Assembly (NCBI GenBank): GCA_013239625.1
Contig: MU054212.1
Span: 7,476,270 to 7,540,269, forward strand
Direction: 5' to 3'
Length of the DNA stretch: 64,000 nucleotides
Source of the DNA: Lama guanicoe
Lineage: Eukaryota
Shown here: positions 1 to 12,200 of the stretch, in pieces
Layout: each line of letters starts with the position of its first letter
Numbering within the stretch: the first letter of the stretch is position 1
Program-made: the position numbers and the translations under genes
The notes under the pieces: generated by a model
Told to the model about the DNA's origin: nothing
The model's database searches: none
What the model saw: only the letters and a program-made list of their open reading frames with translations

Positions 1-270
1 ATTTTAACAGTATTAATTCTTCCAGTCCATGAGCACATATCTTTCCATTCATTTGTGTCTTCAACTTCTTTCATCAATGTCTCCTAGTTTTTAGTGCACA
101 AGCATTTCACCTCCTTGGTTAAATTTATTCATGAGTATCTTATTCTTTTTGATACAATTGTAAATGGACTGTTTTCTTAATTTCTCTTTCTGATAGTTCA
201 TCATTGATGTGTACAAATGCAATAGATTTCTGTCTGTTGATTGTGTATCTTTCAACTTCACTGAATTCAG
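1..270 (-). mobile_element. L1 ORF2 fragment
   Basis: attcttccagtccatgagca...tctttccattcatttgtgtcttc...cacctccttggttaaatttattc is typical antisense L1 ORF2 sequence. Confidence 0.8.
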
Positions 271-299
271 TTGTTTTTTAAAATATCAGTTATTGATTA

Positions 300-1250
300 C
301 TGAATCTACCAGGAAATCTTAACATCATTAAAAGTGTGATGACCAGATACTGTGTGCTTTCTGATGTGATGCAAAATGAAGCATACAGCATAAATTAAGA
401 AGTAAGCTCATGAAAAAACAAAAAAAAAAGAATTTGAATCTAATCAAACTTTAGTCTAGATATTGTGGTTCTCAAAGTGTTCTAGTCAGATCGGCAGTAA
501 GTGCATCTCTTGGGAACTTAGAAATGTACATTATCGGTCCCCATTCCAGACCACCTGAATCAGACAGTTCGGGGACCCATAATCTGTGTTTTAACATACC
601 TTCCAGGGGATTCTGATGCAGCGCAAGTTTGAGAACCACTAGTCTGAAGCTAATTTCCATTTATAGGAAATAAGGCAGATAAAATAACAACTTAAAAGAC
701 ATCAGGGAAAGCAGACAGATGAATCTAAAACATGAGACATTGTACAGGACAACTGACTTTGTTTCAGGCAATATGTTATTGACACAGGAAAAAAATGTGA
801 CATATTAGAAGAGATTTACAAAGATTTATTAAACTGAAATGTGTTTGCCTTGCTTGTATCATGATTCAAATAAAAACCAATGCAAAAAGCTAATTTTGAG
901 AAAATTGGGAATATCTGACTTACAGATGAGAGTATAAACTGATAACACTGAATTCTTATTAATTTTGTTAGATGTAACGACCTAACATTTGGTTAATTAA
1001 ATATTTACGTAAGAAAATGTCCACATTTGTTGGAGGCACATATTGAGGTATGAAGGGATGAAATGATGTGGATACCTAGAATTTGCTTTCAAATATTGCA
1101 GGAAAAAAAAGAAAAAAATGAAAAAGTAAAAAACATGGCAAGTCTGGGGAATTGCTATTGAATTTGAATGATGGGTATAGTTCCATGTATTATATTCTCT
1201 ATTTTTAAATACATTTTAAACTTTCAAAATGAATTTTAAAATGTATATAT
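300..1250 (+). mobile_element. Old L1 (L1MC/ME-type) 3' UTR fragment, interrupted by MER5A
   Basis: Motifs such as gaatctaatcaaac...aatttccatttataggaaata...gagacattgtacaggacaactg and gggatgaaatgatgtg...gaatttgctttcaaata resemble L1MC/ME 3' UTRs. Confidence 0.6.
463..641. mobile_element. MER5A-type hAT-Charlie MITE
   Basis: Terminal inverted repeats are gtggttctcaaa (465-476) and tttgagaaccac (628-639). The interior contains ccagaccacctgaatcagac...aatctgtgttttaaca. Confidence 0.85.
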
Positions 1251-1369
1251 TTTATAATTAATTTATCTCCTCCACTTTGAATTTTTACAGGACAGTCATT
1301 TATTCAAGAACATTTAAAGAAGCATTACTTAATACTTAGAGCATTGTTTTAGGCTCATAGGATTGAATA

Positions 1370-2660
1370 GATACAAGTTTTTTGAGGTCTGAAAATTATA
1401 AAATCTGCAGAAAGAGAGTGTATTTGAAAACTTAGAAAAGTGAAGATTTACTTAAAATGAGAAAAATCACAATAAATTATAAAATCCAAAAAGCAAATGC
1501 TACAAACCACAGAAAATGCAGAAAAATAATATTTTTAAAAATAAGTAACTCCCTGCCGCAACTCTAAGACTGTTTCTTGCCACATTTCTTGGCTGCATGC
1601 TCTGCAAACACTTCTTCACATGACAATGACTTTGTATTATCATATTTTATAGAGAGACTAGAAAAATAATTCAGTCTTTAGCGTATCTGATGGAAATGTG
1701 TCTCTTTTTGTTGGCAGTTTAGAAACGTTTCTATGTTCTCCAAATTAAATATTGCTAATATCATGCAAATTGTTACATTGCTTTCAGTTGGGAAAACTCT
1801 CAATCAAGTTCCTTTCATATTTGGGCATCTTAAGTTTTCCTGGAAAGTGACTGACGTCTTCATTAAAGTGACATTTATGAGTTTTATGTCTTCTTCATTG
1901 ATATTAGTATTTTCTGTCAAATCCAATATGAAATTTAAATCTTTTCCCAATGTGTTACTATAATCCATTTCTCTTCATTAACTGTGTTTTTCTTCCTTCC
2001 AAAGAAATAACTGCCCTTAGTAAGACCTGACAATTTTTATTATAAGTCATTTCCTTCTCAGTATCAAAATGTCTATTGAATTTACTTCTTATTTATTTTT
2101 TTTCATGTTCCATTAATATTTTGTCTGAGTTTTCTATTTATTAAATAAATATAAGACAACACAATGATACAGCTTTCATATATTTCAAATTAAGAGTCTG
2201 TAACTTCTCACTTGTATTATTCAAAACCCAAAATATCTTTCCACATGGCAACTGAAATGCCACATTCCACTGTGTGATGGGTGCACAAGATACCTCTGTA
2301 TTGTTACTCAAAGGTGCATGTGACTTTGCAATTATGCATTTGTATAACCACAGATTGCTATTTGGTTTTTTTTTACTTATTAGTTTACCATTGTATACAT
2401 GCCTTCCCAAGATTGAGATTAATTCTTCTTAAACATTTTGGATAAAGAAGTCATATTTGACATTTCATCTGGACATTTGCCAAGTGTTTGTCCAAGAAGA
2501 GATCAAATTAAAAATTACTTTGAAGATTCTCTCGGAATTTCAGTTACTTGAAAACCACTTCATTTCATAATCTCTGAAAGCAAATCTCTCTCACTGAGTA
2601 ATTTTAAAACGATAGCTACTTTTTGGCACTTCAAAATGATATGAAACATTTTTTTAAGCT
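1370..2660 (-). mobile_element. hAT (Tip100/Zaphod-like) DNA transposon fossil with degraded transposase
   Basis: Allowing frameshifts, the minus strand at ~1560-1760 gives EHRNVSKLP...RLNYFSSLSIK...KSLSCEEVFAEHAAKKCGKK. This matches the hAT C-terminal dimerisation motif (ERxFSKL...ERLNxLxxLSIE). There are many stops. Confidence 0.65.
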
Positions 2661-2687
2661 GGTTCTTTCAAGGTACAGTTTGGCTTG

Positions 2688-2840
2688 CACGGTGGTTCTC
2701 TCATTTTGGCCTGCATCAGAATAACCCAAAGGATCTATTAAAATACACAGTGTTGGATCCCCTTCAGTAGGTCTGCAGTGGGGCCCAAGAATTTTGATTT
2801 CTAACAAGTGCCCAGATGACATAGATGCTACTGGTCTTCA
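2688..2840. mobile_element. MER5A-type MITE
   Basis: ggtggttctc...gcatcagaataacc...gtaggtctg.agtggggcccaagaatt...tttctaacaagtgcccagatga...gatgctactggtc. Confidence 0.8.
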
Positions 2841-2849
2841 TCCACTGGA

Positions 2850-2988
2850 GATGCTGTAAACAAAGATACCATAGACTGGTGACTTAAACCAAAACATTCA
2901 TTTCTCACAGTTCTGGAGGATGGGAAGTCCAAGATCAAGCTACCGTAAGACTTGATGTTTGGTGAGGACCTGCTTCTTGGTTCATAGG
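2850..2988 (-). mobile_element. MLT1 (ERVL-MaLR) LTR fragment
   Basis: gctgtaaacaaagataccatagactggtgacttaa...tttctcacagttctggagg.tgggaagtccaagatcaag is the characteristic MLT1/MST end. Confidence 0.8.
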
Positions 2989-2989
2989 T

Positions 2990-3425
2990 TACAAAATTCG
3001 TCAGCATGAAATAACTTTTATGATGGCTAACTGTTTAATGTGTAATCCAAGCAGAATTATTAAAAATTTTTAAAAATAAATATAACTAAGATCAAAGATC
3101 ATGCTGTTAAACTAAATAACAGATCTTCATGAACTATCTAAATCCTTAAGGTAATAAATACATTGAAACATGAAATGCTAAGCATAAGTTTACCTGCTTT
3201 TGGCTTTTAAATTTTTACAGAGAGACAAAAGATAATTGGGTCTACTAATAAAATGTCTTTGTCATATTAAAAATTGTAATATAAAAACATTTCTCTACAA
3301 ACTAAATTTTTATATTTTTACGTATTAGCCCATTTGTTAACCTACCGTGTAATGCTAATATATAACAGTCAGTTCACCATTGCCTACTACCTAGTTTTCA
3401 CTAGAAAGTAAAGATTACTAATAGT
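2990..3425 (+). mobile_element. ERV1 (MER4/MER34-group) internal fragment
   Basis: The AT-rich sequence ttttacagagagacaaaagata.ttgggtctactaataaaatgtc resembles non-coding ERV1 internal consensus sequences. Confidence 0.5.
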
Positions 3426-3805
3426 AAAAAGTTTATTGTGCACACACCAGAAAGGCAGTTCCTGAGCTGGGAACTCACAGACCACAGCACGGAATGCGTG
3501 AAGCTCAGGGCTACATTGTTACAAAGCAGCTTATATAGTGAGAAGGCAGTGACTGTTCATTCTTCACAGTCATTGGCTGTAATATTAGAATTTTAAAAAA
3601 TAATAATGGATCGGTTATGGAATTGGTTAACGGTTACCTCATTTCAGCTATGGGGAACAGTTTGTTTTGCTTGTGATGTTCAGAGACATAAGCAAGAAAT
3701 GACCCAGGTCAAGTTAATCATGCAAAACAACCTAAACTGAACTTTGCTTGTACGACTAACATGATTTTATCTTCTCAGGGAATTTTCAAGGTTGGTTTCT
3801 ATTTG
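3426..3805 (-). mobile_element. ERV1-type LTR (partial)
   Basis: On the minus strand the order is CCAAT (3572-3576), TATATAA (3531-3537), then AATAAA (3432-3437), which is LTR U3-R architecture. Confidence 0.6.
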
Positions 3806-3821
3806 TAGGGTTTTTTTTTTT

Positions 3822-3942
3822 AATATTAATGAGATAGTGTGCATTGCTTTTTTTTTTATAATTAATCTTTGAAATCTGGCACCTGTTTTACACTTACAGC
3901 ACCTCCCAGACTAGTCATATATCAAGTGTTCAATAGCTACGT
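3822..3942. mobile_element. MER33 (hAT-Charlie) internal piece
   Basis: attaatgagata...tctttgaaatctgg...ttttacacttacagcac...gactagtcatatatcaagtgttcaatagctac. Confidence 0.75.
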
Positions 3943-3944
3943 AT

Positions 3945-4565
3945 TCTATGTTTGCATACATTACAAAATGATCACCAAACAGCACTAACTACAGAGGAAC
4001 TATTTTCAAAAGACATAGAATCCTAGGCAGATTACATTAAAGATAAAGAAAAACCTTTTATAATCTGTTAGTAAAAGCAGACCAATAATCTTAGAATTTT
4101 TGTGCTTTTTAATAGAGAGAAAAATTAAATTCTACTCTTGTATCAGTGCATTTCTGAGCTCATTTTTAAAAATCCTTCCAATTTATTCAATATTAGCCAG
4201 CTTTGACCTCACACATAAAATTTCCTTTCCACAAATCTTTTGCAACTTTCTATATCCATGTAGCTTTTATTTAGCCTTTTTTTTTTGCTTTCTTATTCTA
4301 GAACAATCATTTACTTAGGAAAAAATTACTCTTTCTCCCTTACTAAAACAACAACAACAAAGACAAAAAAATCCCCAAACAAAATAAAACCCCAAAATCG
4401 AAAACCAATCAACCAAAAAAAAGTCCCTCACACCTTTCCTTATCCAAAAACACATTGTTTTCCTAACTTCCTTTTTATATATAGTTGTTTTCTTTCACTC
4501 TTATTATTGCTAGTAGTTTTATTTCAGATATTGATCATATGTTTTAATTATGAGTACCACTTTTA
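3945..4565 (-). mobile_element. ERV1 internal fragment
   Basis: aaaaccttttataatc...aaaagcagaccaataatc...tcctttccacaaatcttttgcaactttctatatcc...aaaattactctttc resembles MER4-group internal sequence. Confidence 0.5.
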
Positions 4566-6010
4566 GATGGTGAGGCAGAAGTAGAAACCCTTTAAAGTTA
4601 TCCTTCTTGTTCTAAACATAAAACTTTTTATTCTGCTGAATACAATTTGATTTATAAATGGTAGGAAGTCATCTATAAGAAGCAGTGTTTTGACAACAGA
4701 GGCAATGAAATCATATTGAGAGATTCAACATTAAGCAGACCACAAATTATCCTAGACGTTAACACAACACATATTCTCAAGCAGAAAAGAAGAGAAATGT
4801 TGGTCAGACTACACAAAATCTGATGGCACAGGGGTGGGAAGGAGAGGATAAGCCATCATTCTAAAATGGGGCCAGAACAACTGATTGGCATGACTGTCTC
4901 CTGGACACACACCTAGTGTGCCAACAGGTTACTGTGAAACAAAATGCTCCAACTTCCTGCAGATTCCATTTAGAAATAGAAGCTGTAAGTCAAAAGCAAT
5001 CCATTTTATTTGAAGTTACTACATACTTCTGTGTGAAACAATTGCTCCTGAGAGAATCTGATACATATTTTAGCCCATTTGTCAAGGCTTTTATTTTCAT
5101 TATACAAATGATGAAAGAAATCTGTTCTAGGAATGACATTTCAGGTTATTTTCAACCCCAAGCATCCATGATTAGACCACTTTTAAGAGGAAGGATGCAA
5201 TGAAGTGTATGTTCTTAAAGCTTCTAGAGATAGATGCCAGGGATAGTGACTTTATCTTTCACTGCGAAGTGAGAATATGATGATAGTAAAACAGTTGAGA
5301 AATCTCTTGACCCAGTAAGTAAAAATGTGAATCGCTGATTTAACCCTTCTTTCAAATTTTCAAATACAACTTTTAAGTTACTAACTTATCACACTGAAGG
5401 GGAAATACTCAAACAGCAAAGATTCTTCTTCCAGTATCTCAGTTTAGCACCACAATTAAAGTAATAAAAGGTAAATGGAGGTATCAGATCTCAGAACATC
5501 CTCGTTGAGTAACAATTAGATTTTGTTCAAGTACTTTAAAAAAGATGAAAAATATTATGTATACTATACATGTATCTTCCCCTGAACCCTAATTTGGCTG
5601 TAATATTATCTCATATGTTTTTATAAGAACATGTTTTTCTTCTCTGAGTTAAAATTCAGTTGAAATTGAGCCTTGGAAGTGAACTGAACTCCCAATCATG
5701 AATTCCATCACTAACAATTCAAACAATTGTAACACTGTAGTGGTTGTGAGGCACTATTACAGTTTTTATTTACAAGGGAATGGAGTTTTATAAATATTTT
5801 CACAATATTTGGTAATAATTTCACCATGCTAGGCTTCAGACAATTAAAAAAAATTCATGTTTGACAGAATTGCCAAGTCTGGTATCTATTATTAGAATCC
5901 TTTTAACTTGCATATTAAGTATTTAATCTTGTTTCATTTGTCTTATTTTTAAAATGTCTGCTAGTAAATGACAGTGATGTCATCGTCAGTAATAGTGATG
6001 ATAACAAAAA

Positions 6011-6043
6011 CCACGTGTGGCTGGTGGCTGCATATTGGACAGC
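6011..6043. mobile_element. MER33/MER3 terminal piece
   Basis: ccacgtgtggctggtggctgcatattggacagc matches the MER33/MER3 terminus. Confidence 0.7.
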
Positions 6044-6597
6044 TTATTAATGACCTTGACTTTGAGAGAAATGAGTCTCTGTCTAGGCCAGAAGCTCTAA
6101 ATAAGATATGATTCTGTCAGAAATCTTAGCACTGAGGACAAATTTCATTTGAATTCTTTATAAGGGTGTGTCTGGTGTGTTGTCTGAGGATGAATAAACC
6201 TGAAATGTGAACAACTGATAAATAACACTCTCATGTATTATTTTCCATGGGCTTCTTGCCATCTCATTCTACTTATTTTACATCCAAAAGGGAATGTGGT
6301 GTTGATTTTGTTTTTAATTTTGTCCCAGAGACCTAAGAGCAAACATGTTACAGCGTCTGTTCGAGTCCCAAGTCTCACTTTTCAGATTTTGCATTTATCA
6401 TCTGGATGTTCATGGGCATTACATGTTGTTGCTCTGCAGTCAGCCACTTCCCACACCCCTCCCTTCAGAAGTAAATATCAAAGGAAAACAGTCCCATGAT
6501 TCTGTAAGATCTGACAATTTCATATATAATTGACAAATATATATACATGTATATATTTGGATTTGGAAAACAGCCAAGTCTGCTGCTGTGAACAGAT

Positions 6598-7249
6598 CTA
6601 ATATTTTGTGGAGAGTTTTTCCATCATTTTCATCAGGAATATTGGCCTATACTGTTTTTTGTTGTTGTTGTTGTTGGTAGTATCCTTATTTGGTTTTGAT
6701 ATCAGAGAAACACTAGTCTCATGAAATGAGTTAGGAGTGTTCCCTCCTCTCAGTTTTTGGGAAGAATCTGAGAAGGATTTGTGTTCATTTTTCTTTACCT
6801 GTTTGGTAGAATTCACTGGGGAAAACCATCTGGTCTTGAGATTTTCTATTTTGGGAGATTTTTGATTAGTGGTTCAATCTCCTTATTCATTATTAGTCTG
6901 TTAAGGTTTTCTTTTGCTTTATGTTTCAGTCTTGGTAGGTGGTAAACAGGTGGTATGTTTCTAAGAATTTATCCATTTCTTCTGTTGTCTAATTTGCTGA
7001 CATATAATCGTTCACAGAAGTCTCTCATGATCCTTTGTATTTCTGTGTTACAAGTTGCAATGTCTCCTCTTTCATTTCTGATTTTATTTGGCTCTTCTCT
7101 CTGTTCTTCTTAGACTAGCTAAAGTTTTGTCAATCTTGTTTATCCTTTTAAAAACCCAGCTCAGTTCCATTGATCTTTTCTATTCTTTTCATGGTCTCTA
7201 TTTCATTTATTTCTGCTCTGATCTGTTACTTACTTTCTTCTCCTAACTT
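6598..7249 (-). mobile_element. L1 ORF2 segment (post-endonuclease linker to start of RT), inverted
   Basis: ORF 6598-6816 reads ...NTPNSFHETSVSLISKPNKDTT...YRPIFLMKM, a degraded form of L1 ORF2 LPNSFYEASITLIPKP.KD....ENYRPISLMN. Confidence 0.9.
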
Positions 7250-8320
7250 TGCAAATCATGTATCTAATATGGGGTTAATATGCCAAACATATAAAGAACT
7301 CACACAACGGCAAAAAACAAAAAAACAAATAAATCCAATTAACCAATGGGATCTGAACATTTTTGCAAAGAAGAAATATAGGTAGCCACCAGGTGCATTA
7401 TAGCTGCTCAACATCACTAATTATCAGGGAAATGCACAAACCACAATGAACCTCATACCCATTAAAATGGCTATGATCAAAAAGACAAGTGATAAATGCT
7501 GGTGACAGTGTGGAGAAAAGAGAACGCTGGTACACTATTGGTGGGAATGTGAATTGGTGTGCAACCATTACAGAAAACACGATGTAGGGTCCTCAAAAAG
7601 CTAAAAATAGAACTACCATATGATTCAACAATTCCACTTCTGGGTATTTATCTGAAGGAAACTAAAACACTAACTCATGATATATGTGCCCTCATGCTCA
7701 CTGCAGTATTATTTACAACGGCCAAGATATGGAAGCAACCTTGGTGTCCACCAGTGGGTGAATAAATTTTTAAAATGTGGTATATATTTTAAATGGATGG
7801 TTATTCAGCCATAAAAAAGAAGGAAATATTACCATTTGGGACAATATGAATGGACCCCGAGGACATTATGCTAAATGAAATAAGCCACATAGACAAATAG
7901 GGAAGAAAAATACCACATGGGATCACTTGCATTTGAATACTAATAAAAAAAATCAAACATGATAGATACAGAGAATTAGGTTGGTGATTTCCAGAGGCGG
8001 AGGGTAGGAGGTAGGTGAAATGGATGAAGGTGGTCAAAAGATGCAAGATTCCAGTTATAAAATAAATACATCCTTGGATGTAATATACAGCATGGTGACT
8101 ATTTTTAATAATAACCATCTTGCATATTTGAAAGTTAAGGGAGTAGCTCTTAAGTTCTCATCACACACAAAAATGTGTAACCATGTGTTGTGATGGACGT
8201 TAACTACAACTATTGTGATGATCATTTTGCAATATGTACAAAATATTGAATTATTATGTTGTACATCTAAAACTAATATAATGTTATTTGCAAATTATAT
8301 CTCAAAAATTTAAAAAAAAC
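7246..8320 (+). mobile_element. L1 ORF2 C-terminus plus 3' UTR (L1MA9-like)
   Basis: It encodes FANHVSNMGLICQTYKEL and LKKLKIELPYDSTIPLLGIY...IWKQPWCP. The 3' UTR reads gatgtaatatacagcatggtgacta...gttgtacatctaaaactaatataatgtta and ends A-rich. Confidence 0.9.
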
Positions 8321-10989
8321 TTGAATTGTACACATTAAGTTGGTGACTTTTATGCTATATAAACTACTATTACTAAAACTATTAAAAAAGAAACAGTTGA
8401 TGGGCTAGGTTAGCTGGTCATCCTTACAACATAAATAATAGCACAGGTTGGCTGTCCCTTCCCAGTCTCCATGAAAGCATTTTTCCCCTATAAACTCTTC
8501 TCAGCATTACGTTTCTTTTGGGGTCAGGAGTAACAAAAGAAGCATAAAATGTGGATAACAGACAGGAATAACAGAGTTAGGCAGGCAAAGAAGAATTCCA
8601 CGCTTTTTAAAAAATATATTTATGCCATCTATTTCAAAATTTGTGCGGGAAAACTAGTTTCATATTGTAAAATCCTATATAAACTGAATTGGAAAAGAGA
8701 AAAATGCTATGTAAAAACCAAAGAGACAAGCATATGGATGTCCTAATTTTGCCCATCACTTTTCAAATATATCAAACTTATAACTCCATATGATAAGTGT
8801 TGAAGAAATGTTTGCTTGCTTTGGCAATTGAATGAATGAATGAATGGGAGATGTGCTGTAGAGGATCTGAGAGGGGAAATTTCCAGAGTTGGCTAGAATC
8901 CATAGTCCTACGTCTAGCACGTAGTTGGCCCTTGACAAGTATTTATCTTCCTCCTCACCCTTTCCTTCCCTTCCACGTGCTTCATTTACAGTTTTCATCA
9001 CAGTAGACTTACAGTTCCTGAGTGTAACATAGAAGAGCATGGAGGAGACAATTACAGTTTTCTTGACATGTTGGCCAACATTCCATCAGAAACCATAAAG
9101 TGAAATTTTGAGTTGAAGGGAACACCTAATGCAACTCCATCACTTTTATTCTATTTAAATACAGAGAAATTAAATTGGCACACACTCCCTGGTCAATTTT
9201 TAGAAACATATTCAGAAAATGTTAAATTTTTTCTAAGTTTAGTAAATCCATAAAATCACAAGAGGCTTTACATCTTAATTTGAATATGATACACTGAGAA
9301 ACATATCACAAAACAACATAATATGTAAGAATTATCGACGGAAATTCTGAATGTATGTTATTGACTAGTGCTATCATGGACTTATTACTACAGGTATATG
9401 ATTACTGATAATTATCTGGAGCAGGATGTGGGGAGAGGGATACACTTGAGTGAACTGAGACCAAATGTTTCAGAGGCTAGTGGTGCTGACAGTTTTGAGC
9501 AAGAAAGGGTTATCTCAGGTTTGGCAAAGCTGCCAATCTTCTCATAAGCTATGATAAGGATACACTTTCTAACTGATCATACTCTCCTACTGAGGCTGGG
9601 CAAAATGTATCTCCAGACCAGGCAGCCATTACCAAGTGTTTGAAACTGAAAGAAAAGCTAAAAGCTATTTGCCATTCCTAGGATAAAGATTATCCAGCTG
9701 TCATATCAACTTGGAACATCACTCAGCCAAGAAATGAAGATTAGATAGATAAGAAATAGTTTGGGGAACGTGACCAGGTATTTAATATTTATTCTGACTG
9801 TCCATGAGTTACACAATTTCAGAAATAAAACGTGGCCCTTATAGCCAACCTGTTCAAGATCTGGTCAACTGTGGAAAGGGCAAGAAGCCAGGCAAACGTG
9901 CCTACAAAACACAGCTTGCTCTTTGGTAACTACCATAGATTGGTTTAATTCAGAATTTGTTTAAAGCATATCATGTATTCTACCATGATCTCAACAGTGT
10001 CAGGAACTTAGAATTTAAACATGAACAAAATATTGTTCGTGCCCTCGAGACATTTACATTATAATTATCATGGAGTAAAAAAGACTGAAGTCTATGTGGG
10101 TTTTCTACTAGTCCTCTTTTTCCACAATAATTTCTTTCTTTTCCATTAAACTTTGGCAAAATTCTTGTTGAACATGTCAGTCTGTCTTGGTCTTGATAAG
10201 ATAAAATAGGGAGAGAGGTGCTATCATAATTAGATCAAGATCTCAAAGTCCCCAGCACACTCTCGAGATCTGGTGACAGTATCCAAATTAAATTAGAGAA
10301 TCCTGAGGGGGTAAAACGCAAGACTGTGTGAGCACTTGACAATGTGCGCTCCTTCTCGGGGGAAGGATGATATCTGTATCTGTTCTCAGTGTCTGAAAAC
10401 TCCTCTGCAGACATCACTGAATGCTAATCTCTATTTTCTCTACTTAGGAACAGTGACAGTGCTGTCATAACAAAGACGTTCTTAAAGTTCAACAATGACT
10501 TTGAGAGAGATGGTGATTTGATACTGACTTTATTTCCTGAAAGTAAGAAACTATAAACCCGAAGGTGGCAAGTATGGCTTAAACACTACGTAGAAGTTTA
10601 CATTCTGAAATGTGAGTTCCTCACAGAAAAATGATAATCTAAGTCTTAAGGAAAAACATATTCCTACATTTTATAAACCAGGACAAAATATCTTGCATAC
10701 ATCGATTTGCAGCACAAACAAGAATTATTTTAATTCAGTTATGCCTAGTGACTATAATCCAAATGGTTCAAAAAGCTAAATCATTTTTATATAGCGGGGT
10801 ACAATTCAATACAACTGAATTCTCCTGCAATAAACCTGACAGGATTAGCACCTCCAAGCACACTTTTTTAACACCATAAATGATGCTAACTAAGTTCTCT
10901 AATCTCTGACTGTAAATTCTTTCCACCAGATAGTATCAAACTACCTAAGAGCCCTCATCCTTTTTTCTTCTCACTCCTACAATACGAGC

Positions 10990-11480
10990 TAAGAACAGCA
11001 TGCCTGTCACCATCCTCCAGCTGGTCCAGCTGATTCAATAGACACCTGTTAGAAAGTGTACTTGATGCTAATGCGTCAAAGATGGATAATGTGTTTCTTC
11101 TCTGTTCCAGTAGAGAAGAAAAACATATAAATGAATATGCAGAGCCTAATGGTTGCAAATGAGATAAAAGAACTATCTACCAGTTCTAAGAGACAAGAGA
11201 AGGTGGTAACATCAGAGAAGACATCACAGCCCTGAACCAAGTTGTAAGAAATGGATGGAAACACATCAGGTCAAAGGTGTGTGTGTGTTGATGGGAGGTG
11301 GGAGACTGGGGTAGGATGAGGGAAGCAGATACAGCAAATAATCCAGGTAGAGGAAAAGGATATTCAAAGACAGTATTTCTAAATGGCTGGAACTCAGGGT
11401 TCATCATAGAGAGTGGTAAGCACTAAGGTTGAAATTAAATACAACATGTAAGTAACGGAGTAAGAGGTGCAGAGGGCTAT
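10990..11480 (-). mobile_element. L2 fragment
   Basis: It begins gattcaatagacacctgttagaaagtgtac (degenerate L2 tail) and continues as a purine-rich L2-like body. Confidence 0.5.
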
Positions 11481-11639
11481 GGGAGTATGGCTTAGGAGAA
11501 GCAAACATCCCCACATGCTGGAAACCAGGTCACCAAAACACCCGGCTTGGCTTATTTCAAAAGCTTTTGAGATGATCTTCCTGATCCCAGTTAACCCAGT
11601 TCCAAACCCAATCGTCTAATCTAGTCTAAAAATGAAAAA

Positions 11640-12200
11640 AAGTATTACACCACTACTCTGATTAATGACTTGTAGCAACAGTGTCCAAATTTATAAATAG
11701 AATTTACAAGGACTTTTGGAATGGAGCTCTGTTTGCGTTTCCAGACTCATCTTTGCCAGAATGTCCTTGGCCCCCCAAGCTCCTGCCATACTGAAGTTCT
11801 TTTAGTTCCTCAAAGACACCATGCTCTGTCTTGCCTCCAGATCTTGCCTTGGTCTGGAACCAGTTCTTCAGCATCGAATGCAAGCCTTCTTCTCTCTTGT
11901 TTAGTTTCTATTTATTCTTCAGTTTCCTACTTAATGTATTTCTTCTGCAAAGCAGGTCCTGACTCCTCAAACCCAAATTACTGTTCAAATCCAAATAAAT
12001 GCCTCTCCTATGGCTCTGTTAGACCACGTCCCTTGTCCCACCTCCAACTTCTCTCTAATAAACAGCTTGACCCAACCAGCCTTTCAGGAAGAAGGACCAC
12101 TTCTGTCTTCCTCACTTTCATATTTCTAATAGCCAACATAACACATGGCTCATAGGAGGGGCTCCATTAATATTTATTAAATAATGGATAAAATGGAAAA
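11640..12200 (+). mobile_element. L2 3' fragment
   Basis: A pyrimidine-rich body ends ...atagccaacataacacatggctcataggagggg.tccattaatatttattaaataatggataaatgg. Confidence 0.65.

Noticed and set aside
11721..12155. Longest ORF in the track (144 aa)
   Set aside because: It lies in a pyrimidine-rich L2 remnant. The Leu/Ser/Cys-rich composition is what such DNA gives by chance.
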